Part shown: piece by piece, positions 53,996-64,000 of the stretch
Layout: every line of letters starts with the position of its first letter
Position numbering within the stretch: the first letter of the stretch is position 1
Source: the human T2T-CHM13v2.0 reference genome, Homo sapiens
Reading direction: 5' to 3' (one strand)
NCBI RefSeq assembly: GCF_009914755.1
Contig: NC_060933.1
Length of the DNA stretch: 64,000 nucleotides
Notes under the pieces: generated by a model
What the model was told of the DNA's origin: nothing
Seen by the model: the letters and a program-made list of their open reading frames with translations, nothing else
Database searches by the model: none
Translations under genes and position numbers: made by a program

Positions 53996-56900
53996 TCAGT
54001 AGAAATAAGTCGCTGAGACAAAAAGCCAGATCTTGTTTACCTGTTCAAAGAAGCGATGTACAGTTGGTGTGCAGTACACATTTGTTCAATGAATAAATAT
54101 ATGAATAAAACATAAGAAGTATCTGACTCCAGTTGTTCAATGCAAGGAAGCTTCTTGGACTATTTCTGAACCAGAAATTTGATCCCATCACTAAAGCAAC
54201 ATTCATATGTTAGATGCACCTTTAAACCATCACCCAAACTACTCTCAGGCCAAAAATTGCATGATGTGTAATTGAACACTTTTTAGCTTTCAGACGATAA
54301 ATAACTGATGATGACATAAAGTGCCAAACTAATCTCACCTCCATTTCAGTCATGTATTGTGATTTTGACTCCCCTTAAATAAATTGTGAAATAGGCTTAT
54401 ATAACACAATATTGATATTTAGTAATATTAAATATAGTTTCCCGTCAGTGGGGAGAATTACACAAATAGTGATGAATGGGAGAAGGAAGAGCACTAAAAG
54501 TAGTAATAATTATTATTAATACTTTAATTTAATCTTATTTTCATAATATTGAAGTAATAACTTATTTTTTGTGCTCATCCTTCTCTTGGATATTTGCTAT
54601 TTGTGTAATTCTCCCATTGATGAAAGCCCATATTTAGATACTATCTTATACTTCACCTTTTACATGCTCTTCTAAATCTCATCCAGACATCTCATTAGGA
54701 GATAGCCAATTAACAAATTTACCTTTAGAAGTCAAAAGACAGACATATTCTCCAATTCAGAAAAAAAAAATCACGTTTCTCCAGAAAGCTTTTAGAAAAT
54801 GAATATTTCAAACCCAAAGAATTTCAGGGCTGAAAATTTGGTGGGGAAATCTCACATCATGCCATGTTATCTAAATCAGCAATAAATATACTGAACCTAA
54901 AATATGTAATGTTTTATACGTTGCTTTTTTAAAAAATATAGTGAAGGGGGAAATTTAAAGTATCTCTAAATTGTAGGAATGCAATCAAAGGAGCATTAGA
55001 GAAATAGTATACATACACACACACATACACAAACACACCACACATAACACACACAAGTGTGTGGGGGGAAAAGGGCCCTTATTAAATACTGGAGACTTTC
55101 CAGGATAATACCTGATTTATTTCCAGTTTTGATATTTTAAACAGATTTTAGTTTACAAAAATAACCTATTTTACACATTTAAAAACAACATGCATGGGAA
55201 AGTCATATGAAAATAAATTCCACTCAGTGATATAACTAGGTTAGCAAGAAAAACCTGAAATCTAATGTTGACAAATGAAAAGTAATACAGCGTGAGTACA
55301 AAGCTATAAATCTAAATGTTGTATGAGAAATTCATACTTAATATATTTATTTGAAGCTAGATAGGTAAGATGTTCTTTTCAAAACACAGTGCAGTAAAGA
55401 AATTTACATAAAAGTAAATTATAAGAGATTTAAGCATTCAAAAATTTTTCTGAGAATCCTGTTGTTGTTTATTAGACAAACGTCTCTCCACAATCTGCAA
55501 TGAAAGATACAGCAGAGAGACTCAATACGAGCAAATAATTATTTTTATCTACAATTAAATGGCATGAACTGTGAGGACAAGAGAGAAAAAATGTGAATCA
55601 TACACCTTTGTAACCTTTACAAAGATGGTGAGAAGAGTTTTACAAGAAAGAATACTAAATATAGACTGGTATCATGCCAACTTCAAATTGCTATATTCAG
55701 CTCAATAAAAAAGTGAAATAGAAAAGAGCAATCATGAGAACGAAAATATTCAAAAAAGATGTCGAAAAGCACTGTTTTAAAGAAAGCCCAAAAATTGCAT
55801 GGAAATTCTCTATATAGTACCTTGTGAGACTAAATCTACCGCAGTTAGTCATGAGGGAAATAAATGACAACGATAGTAAGAATCTAAAAAGAATGAATTA
55901 TGTTCTTATATGTCTTTCATCAGGTTTGCTTGCGGGCATAAGACTTTCTCAGAAAGTAAAATGAAGCAATGACTAAAGTGCCGAGAATGAATTATTCCTT
56001 CTTACTATCTAGAAAAGTGTAAGTTACTGTCAATCCTGAAATGATTCTTCAAAAATTTGTGTTTGCACATACATGCTCACTTATAGACAACTTTTTTTTT
56101 TTTTTTACCATGCTTCTTTGTCATCAATATAATTAACTTTCAGATTCAGGATTGCTCTCATTTTGTAGATTTTCCTTTGTTTTTTAACCCTACAAAGTAT
56201 TTAATCAACACACTTTTGCTTATCATTTTGCATTTTACATGATAATACCCTGGCTATATTTATCTAAACAATTAAGGGTAGATGGTGAAGACAGGCTATT
56301 TCACCATCAAGATCCTAGAAATATAACATTTAATAAATAGATCACTGTTAAAATTTCATGGTGATATTTATCACTAACAACAAATCACATGAGGTGTTAT
56401 TACATGGATAAAGTGAAGTGGTGAAGGTGTAATCATGAAAAGACCCATTGTGACAGGTAATACACAAACAAGTCAAAGAAGCTGACAGCAAAGGTCCTTA
56501 CATTCAGCTGTAAGGAAGCTGCAAAGAACAGCTCAGGCATCTGCCGCCCTGCCTCCTTTAGGATAAATTTATCCTGGGCAGGAAACACTAAAATATTTTT
56601 CACAAAACTATCGTCTGGATAAAATTAAATTCATTAACAAGTTCAATGGACCTGATAAAGGCTCAATGAGAATAATTCATTGATTAGAGTTTAATGAGTA
56701 TCTATGGCATATATAACATTTTGAGTTTAATTCAAACAGAATCCATATCATAAGAGTGAAAATTAATAATAAAAATAATGGCAATAATAAGTAAGGAGAG
56801 TTGCAGGAGGAAAGAGGAGAAAGGGAGATGCTAATATTTAAGGAAAGCTTATGAGGAGTTGGTTTTGTTAAAAATACCTGATCCAGATTATTGCATTTCC

Positions 56901-57730
56901 TCATCACTCTTTCAGAAAAATTATCTGAGATTTGGAGAAGCCAAATGGCCAAGAGCATATAGCTTGTCAGCAGAGAACCCCATTCTGGTTTATACCTGCT
57001 CACTTAAGGACTAAATTCATATATAACATGTAGTTGGCACTTAACAAGGTACTCAAGATGCAAAACTGAAGATATAGTCTATTCCCTCCACACTTTAGTC
57101 TAGTGAAGGGACCCATAGAGCTCAGGAGTAGGTATAAGGGCTGTATAAACACAGATGATGGAAAAAGCAAGGACAACTCATGGAAAGCTGAAAATAGGAC
57201 ATAGGCACCAAAATGGAATTAAAGCAGATCTTTCTGACAATAAGTTCATATTCCTAGTTTACTAGATGAAAATACAGCTCATATATCAGGGTTATCCTCA
57301 CAAAAGATAATTCCAGTACCAAGTAGCTAATTGATCATAGAAGACAATGCTGTGTAAGTTCTAAAGTGTTACATAAAAAGTGTTTTAGAAAGGGAATAAG
57401 ATGACTGATTTACCAGGCAGACAAATAGGAGTCCCATAATAATAACTTGTCAGACTCTATTTTATGCCCAATGCTGTACATAGTTTCTAGTTCAAAGAGA
57501 TGTCAATGACAAATTAATGAGTGCTCTCAGTTTTATAGTTGCAGTTTTGTTGACTCCAAGGTTTGTGGTCTTTGTAAGGTAGTGCAAAGTACATGAGTAA
57601 AATGATGCTTATGACAGGAACAAATATTCTGCAAGTACAAATTTTCCACTTAGTAACTATCTTACAAACTCTGTTCAGTAAGTATTCAAACAGTCAATGT
57701 GGGACCATGAAGGTGTCATTTTGGCTTATT

Positions 57731-57732
<2 letters not shown>

Positions 57733-57774
<42 letters not shown>
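57733..57774. repeat. (AC)21 microsatellite
   Basis: Perfect array counted directly. Confidence 0.97.
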
Positions 57775-57779
<5 letters not shown>

Positions 57780-58059
57780 ATGATAGTTATACAAACAAAC
57801 CAGAAATAAATATTAATCTAAGCTATCCAAATAAATGGCCCAGCCATGGAATCAGAACTCATACTATTGATATTAGAAGATCAACACAGTTATATTTGAA
57901 AGACATATATTGAAGATTATAAAGCAAATATTCAGTAAAAGACTATTGCTCAGTATTTTAAAATTTCTACTGAATATTAAATTACTAAGTATATTTCAAT
58001 ATGAGAAATTATCATCTTTGATATTCTCTAAACAAGGGTCTGGAAGACACTTAAAAGGC

Positions 58060-58297
58060 GATCTCTTCCTTTAGGTCTTTAGTCAAATGCCTCTTTATTA
58101 GCAAAAGTCTCTCTGGCCCCCTATTTCAAATTGTATACCCTACTTCAACACTGCCTATACTCCCTTTACTGCTTTATTTTATTTTCTCCTTAGCAGATAA
58201 CAGTATCTAATATATTTTTTCTTTTAACATTTTACTTGGTCTATTTCTCTCACTAGAATCTAAGCCTCATCTGGGGAAGATAACTTACTGAATGAGT
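58060..58297 (+). mobile_element. L2a 3' fragment
   Basis: 'ttcctttaggtctttagtcaaatg...ccctatttcaaattg...tttctccttagca...cactagaatctaagcc'. Confidence 0.7.
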
Positions 58298-59616
58298 AAT
58301 ATTGTAGAACCTTTTCGTTTCACAAAAGAAGAAAATGAATATATATTTGCTCATGACTTATCAGGGCTGGACCCAAATAATTGCATAGAGTTGTCTCATG
58401 TATAGAATGTTACCTAAACTCAGGCTTTTAGCTGTAGGTAAAGTTGAAATCATATCTAATTGAAAGTCAGAAAACACAGTAGGAATCCTCACATTAACCT
58501 ATAAAAGGATTTCAGAAATGTCTGTGTGGGTCAGATAAACAGGTCAAAAAGATCTGGAGAAACCTTGTTATCAAGAGCAACTGAAAATCTCCTTGAAAGA
58601 GAACACAGCCTATAAGAGGGAAGAACACAAACTGAACTTGACCCAATAACAAAGTTTTAGTCACAGGGAAAGAAAGGAAATTATCAGTGAAGTGTGGGAC
58701 CAGTCACTCAGATTAATCTGGGTTAAGTTTCACACATTTGAGTCCTGTGAAGAAAAGAGAGTTGAAAAGGAGCTTATAAGTAAAACTGAAGAAGCTGTTT
58801 CAATAAATGACTAAGACATTAGAGCATAAGTAGCCACCCTCTAGTAAAGTATAAAAGAAAAAGTAAAGGGGGAGAGACAGACAGAGGCATTCTTGCCAAA
58901 CTCAGGAATGAATTACTGTGGTAACAGCTATAAAGGACTCCAGTGCCTCAACTATGAAAGAGGATAAAACCTTTGACCCAGCAAATTCCTGACACGAGAC
59001 AGCAGAAACTGATGGATACAGTGGCATCTATGAGATATCAGATATTCATAGAAGTAGGCAGCAGAAGGCTTAGAATCAGGATAAGAGGAAAGCAAGCATT
59101 AGAGGAGGTCAAGTGATAGCTGATTTGACTTTTGATTGAATTTACATTTGAACAGGTGAAATATCTGCCTGGAACGCCTAAGAATATTTAGCATGTTTTA
59201 CAGAAGGCTAAGAAATGCATAAGCTAGAATATTTTAAAAACAAATTTAATTTGTTATTACTATTAATATGACTCCATTTGTAGCCACCTATAGGACATAG
59301 AAATTCACATTAAAGAAAGAAGTACAAAACTAATTGAAAATAAAAATAACCAAGTGTAATAATGTTCCAAGTTTGACACCATGTCAATGAGGTGAAAACA
59401 GCAACAATCTACAATATCATACTTTCTCAATTAAACTTCTGAGCACTAGTATAAAGTGATAATTAGCAAGATTCAAATTTTATTGCCTTAAGAACAAACA
59501 TACAAATTAGGGTATTCAGGCTGAAATTAAGTCTATAATATTTACTAATAACAGGTAGTAGTTGGAAAATGTCATGTAACTATTACAAGCACTTTTATCT
59601 ACAATCATGACAATCT

Positions 59617-60035
59617 TTTTTTTACATTTTAAAAATCAGCTTAATTGAGGTATAATTTATATACAATTAAATGCACCTATTTTAAATGAGCAGTTTTTCA
59701 AACACATATACCCAGGTAATTACTACGCCAAGAGATAGAATATATTTATTATCCTAAAATTACCACTTGCTCCTTTATAGTCAATCTTCCACATCTTCTC
59801 CTCTGCCAGACAACTACTGATCTCATTTCTAACACTATAAATTCTAATATTCTGTTTTAGAACTTCATATTAATAAAAGCATACTGTATATAATATGTTG
59901 TCTCTGGCTTCTTTTTGTAAACACTATCTTAGATTCATTTTCATTCTTGAGTGTATCAGTAGTTCATTCTTTTTTATTGCTGTATAGTATTCCTTTGTAT
60001 GGAAATACAGTAATTGCTTATTCATTCTCCATCAA
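59617..60035 (-). mobile_element. L1MB/L1ME 3' end
   Basis: 'cagcttaattgaggtataatttatataca...acaactactgatct...tagaacttcatat...atcagtagttcattcttttttattgctg'. Confidence 0.85.
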
Positions 60036-60337
60036 ATTCATTTTTGAAGCAGTCTCCTCCTCTATACAGGCACTCCCCCAAAATCTCCTTTAGGAGTTTC
60101 ACAAATGTAAAACAAAAACCCATTCATTATTTCTAGTAGAAAACTACATAAGTCACTATTAGCCTGGAGGCAAATGTTATATACTGAAAACTGAATACCT
60201 TGTATAATGCAAATTATATAAAATATATATAAATTATATAAATATATTACACTGTATATAGGTTATACCTAAATAAAGCTGATTTAAGAATGTTTGAAAA
60301 ACAGATCTTCATAATTGACTTTTTTGTGGATAAAAAT

Positions 60338-60555
60338 GAGGTCATACCTTGAGGGAAGGACTACTTACAATCCCAAGGAAAAGACTGATGGGCAGATTCC
60401 AATATGGCCCCAAAGATCCCAGCCTCTTAGGATGCTCACACTTCCTTATTTAGACCTGTTTTGTGTGGACCCTGCTGAATGACCCAATTCTACTGAGGTC
60501 ATAAAAGGCAGGGTGGCATTTCTTTCTATTGCTTGTGCTTACTCCATCTCTATTT
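60338..60555 (+). repeat. Diverged direct duplicate of 60921-61140 (unique flank plus the 5' part of an MLT1 LTR)
   Basis: Collinear match over ~220 bp, including an exact 35-mer at 60493-60527 and 61078-61112. Confidence 0.92.
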
Positions 60556-60968
60556 ATATTATTTTTTGTTGGTGCATGTGTATGTGTGTATGTCTGTGGT
60601 TTGACAGTGGCAGACAAATTTAAAGAATAAAGATTAATTTATTTTGTGTGACTGTAAAAAGCACCATGCCTGTACTACTGGCACGTGTTTTGAGAAGACA
60701 AATGCTCTTGTGGAGCTATCTTAATTTTGTCTTGTTTTGCTTTGAGAGTTGTTTGCAGGAGATGTGAACACAGGATGAAAAGATTTCATAAAGAATTCAA
60801 GGAGAGTTGTCATCTAATGCTGCAGAATATTTAAAACAATGCAAACTAGACCCTCCCATTAATGTACATTTCTTATTCATTGCAAGATCTATTAAAATCA
60901 CCTTGTTGGAAACAGAAAACGAGGTCACACCTTGAGGGAAGGACTATTTACTGTCCCAAGAAAAACAC

Positions 60969-61388
60969 TTTGGTGGGCAGCCTCCAATAAGGCCCCAAAT
61001 ATGCCAGCCTCATGGAATTCTCATACTTTCTTATTCCCACCTGTTGTGTGTGGACTGTGCTTAGTGACTCAATTCTCCTGAGGTCATAAAAGGCAGGGTG
61101 GCATTTCTTTCTGTTGCTCATGCTTATTTCACCTCTATTTCCTACCATGTCACAGGCAGCCCTAGCAAGCCCACATGGCAAGGTATTGTAGTTGAGACAT
61201 GGATCCTCCAGACTGAGTCAGTCCTGACGTGGCTACAGACCCTAACTCCCACCCCTGACAATTTGATTGCAGCCTTGTAAGAGATTCTGAGCTAGAATCA
61301 CACAGCTGAGACACTCTCAGAAACTTTTTAGTTGTTTTAAGTCACTCAGCATAAGAGTACTTTGTTGCGCAGCAACAGATAAATAACA
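60969..61388 (+). mobile_element. Solo MaLR LTR (MLT1E/F-like)
   Basis: 'tggtgggcagcctccaataaggcccc' start, 'ttgattgcagccttgtaagaga', end 'ttgttgcgcagcaacagataaataaca'. Confidence 0.85.
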
Positions 61389-61877
61389 GAAGGCCTAACC
61401 TAGAACAAAACACAGAAACTCTAGTGATGAGTATTAAGACTGAAGCAAGCAAGAAAGTTATTTTGCCAAAACATCCTAGGAATTGGTCTGAACTCCCCAG
61501 GAAGATAGCTATATGACACTCACGGAAAAGGGTTAATGGAAAGGAGCTGTGAGCTAAGTGGGGAGATGTCCTAGAAGGTCCCAGGATGACATATGTGAGC
61601 CAGTAGACTAAATCTCACCAAATGCAGCAGCCAATTTAATTACCCTTTGGGTAAACTTACTCATTATTATCACCAAAACTTCAGAAAAGGCTGTTTAAAA
61701 TGACAGCTTGGTTTCTCCTTTTGTGAAGAGGGGAAAAAATTGTTTCGTGATGGGGAGAAGATATTGAAGGACAGAACATTACAGTATCTCATGAATAAAG
61801 ACTTGGGACCCCAGCTACAGGTAATAGCCATGTCAGTTATAGGTGGCCAAGCAGTGGTTCAATATGTCTACTGGTAG

Positions 61878-62425
61878 TGAGAGGGGAAGCCAGCTGGACT
61901 TACTGGGTTGAGTGGGGACTTGGAGAACTTTTCTGTCTTACAAGAGGATTGTAAGATGCACCAATCAGCACTCTGTAGCTAGCAAGGGTATTGTAAAATG
62001 CACAAATCAGAGCTCTGTAAAAACGCACCAATCAGCGCTTTGTAGCTAGCAAGAAGATTGTAAAACACACCAATCAGTGCCCTGTAAAATGCACCAATAA
62101 GCAGGAGTCTAAAAGTAGCCAATCGCAGGGAGGATTGAAAAACGGGAACACTGACAGGACAGAAACGGAACATGGGCGGGGACTAATAAGGAAATAAAAG
62201 CTGGCCACGCTAGCCCAGCAGCAGCAATCTGCTCTTGTCCCCTTCCACACTGTGGAAGCTTTGTTCTTTCATGTTCTTTCGCTCTTCACAATAAATCTTG
62301 CTGCTGCTCACTCTTTGGGTCTGTGCCATCTTTAAGAGCTGTAACACTCACCACGAAGGTCTGCGGCATCATTCTTGAAGTCAGCAAGACCACGAACCCA
62401 CCAGAAGGAACCAAGTCCAGACACA
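61878..62425 (+). mobile_element. Solo ERV9 LTR (LTR12F-like)
   Basis: tg...ca termini, exact 4-bp TSD gtag (61874-61877, 62426-62429), tandem 'caccaatcagc' units, poly(A) signal 'caataaatcttgctgctgctcac'. Confidence 0.95.
61955..62200 (+). promoter_or_regulatory. LTR12 U3 promoter/enhancer: CCAAT (NF-Y) array, GC box and AATAAAA TATA-like box
   Basis: Five CCAAT motifs at 61961-62123, GGGCGGGG at 62174-62181, aataaaa at ~62193. Confidence 0.6.
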
Positions 62426-62495
62426 GTAGAATATAATACAATGTGGCACTTTGAAAAGTGGAGCAAATAAGAAGAACATAGAGTTGTATCCTAAA

Positions 62496-62650
62496 GCAGT
62501 GCCTCTTAAACCATAATAGAAAACACCTGGGGATCTTGTTAAATAATGGCGATAATTCAAACAGTCTGGGGTCAGGCCTGAGCTTTTGCATTTCGAACAA
62601 GCTCCCAGGAGATACCCATGCTGCTGTCCATAAACTATAATTTGAGTAAT
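62496..62650. mobile_element. MER5A/B hAT-Charlie element
   Basis: 'cacctggggatcttgttaaa...gtctggggtcaggcctgag...tgcatttcgaacaagctcccaggagat...atgctgctg'. Confidence 0.75.
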
Positions 62651-64000
62651 AAATGTATACAGCACATGTAAGAGTGATTACTCACGAGGACATAAAGAAA
62701 TAAAATATTGGAATGGACATTACTAGAAGCCTCAAATTCCTACAATTAAAAAGGTGGGAACTCAGTCATAAATATTTGGATGTTATTACAAGTATGACTT
62801 CATTTCATATTAATAGACTGGTTAAACCTAGAAGAACAATATACAACATATAGAAGAGATTAGGGATTTTGAAGTCACCAGTGGCTTCAGATCTGTGTTC
62901 TTGTTCTAAATATGTCTATATTTATTTAAGGCTATATCATGAATAGTCCTGTTTTAATATATATGACAGACTTCATATTAATACAAAGAGATTTTGAATT
63001 TTCTAAAAATTTTGGCAGACAACATTTTTTATCTTGATCCAGAGAAATGTTAATGAATGATTTTAAAATGAAGGGAAAATCTTGAAGCAAAATATGTTTT
63101 TCCATAAAAAAACTAAGCCTATTTGTAACCTTGAAAAAAATGTCTTTTTTTCTTATTGCATAGACAGAACACAGGAAATCTACAATTTCCAAAATATTTC
63201 CTCCAGCCCCAAATGGTGCTTTCTCTTTTCATACAAAGCTTTTCTCTCTCAATGCCATTACAGTTTTCTGCTTTGTCTTAAAAACATTTATTCAGCACAT
63301 AGCAACATTAAGTTATTAAAACGGGAAGTATTGAAATTTTTCCCTTTCTCGCTATAAGAATAACTAAACTCTTTGTGTTGTGCTTCCATCTTTTCTACTT
63401 ATTTTAAATCATTTATTTCAGTTGCTTTCCCCTTCCAAATAAGTTATAGCCTGTTATGTAGAATATGCCTAAACAAGCAGATTACATAATCTACTTTACT
63501 ATAATTACAGAGGACACTTTACTTCTAGTTTTGAGAAAACATTTGTTTTCTATGCATTTCCCTTAAATATAAATGAAGGAGAAATTATATTGCACATGTC
63601 TTCAGTAAAACTGAACTGTATAATGTTTTTGCAGTCCTTATTACTGACACTAGAAGTGCCCTTTTATATTTCAATTTTCATTTAACTAAATTCAAAAAGA
63701 TAAAGCACCTATGAAATTATGATCAATGATTAATACCAAATCAGTCTAAATGCAAGCAAGAAGCTTAATAAAGCAAAAATAAAGTGATGCTATTTATACC
63801 TGAGTTTTCAGTTAATTTATTTTCTTTGAACTGCTGATTGCCTTGAAAGGCAGATATAGAAATGCCTTCAATAAAATGCTACATTTCTCAAACAACCTGC
63901 TATGTTGTTGGAGTTTAATGGCTGACAGACTAATGAGAACGAATGGCTTACAACCTTCCAAGACTGACCCACTTAGTCATTCACACCATCCATCGAATGA

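Noticed and set aside
56677-57003. 108-aa hydrophobic ORF on the - strand
   Set aside because: Non-ATG start; the hydrophobicity comes from low-complexity (AAT)-rich sequence.
61955-62125. Repeated 'caccaatcagc' units as a CRISPR-like or novel array
   Set aside because: They are the normal tandem CCAAT repeats of the LTR12 U3 region; the sequence is primate and has no cas genes.

Overview
This is AT-rich, CpG-poor primate (human-like) genomic DNA, either intergenic or deep inside a long intron. I recognise no protein-coding gene, RNA gene or CpG island, and I cannot name the locus. ORFs I can place in the supplied track come from Alu, L1 or LTR repeats; the rest look like chance frames in AT-rich DNA. 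The window holds nine Alus (eight on the - strand), several L1s, solo LTRs (MSTB, MLT1, MER67-like, LTR12F-like), DNA transposons (Tigger, MER1B, MER3, MER5, MER91), MIR/L2 relics and microsatellites. Subfamily names are from recalled consensus sequences, not a database search. The best-supported oddities are structural: two twin-primed (5'-inverted) L1s, one nested in an older L1; a tailless 5'-UTR-only L1 insert with target-site duplications (TSDs); a trimeric Alu; template-switch scars; and an old ~220-bp local duplication with a perfectly conserved 35-bp core. More speculative are several - strand YAG|GT(A/G)AG recursive-splice-like sites with candidate small exons, a 50-aa tail-anchor-like small ORF, and homeobox-motif-rich candidate enhancers. 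I found no convincing novel multi-gene system.
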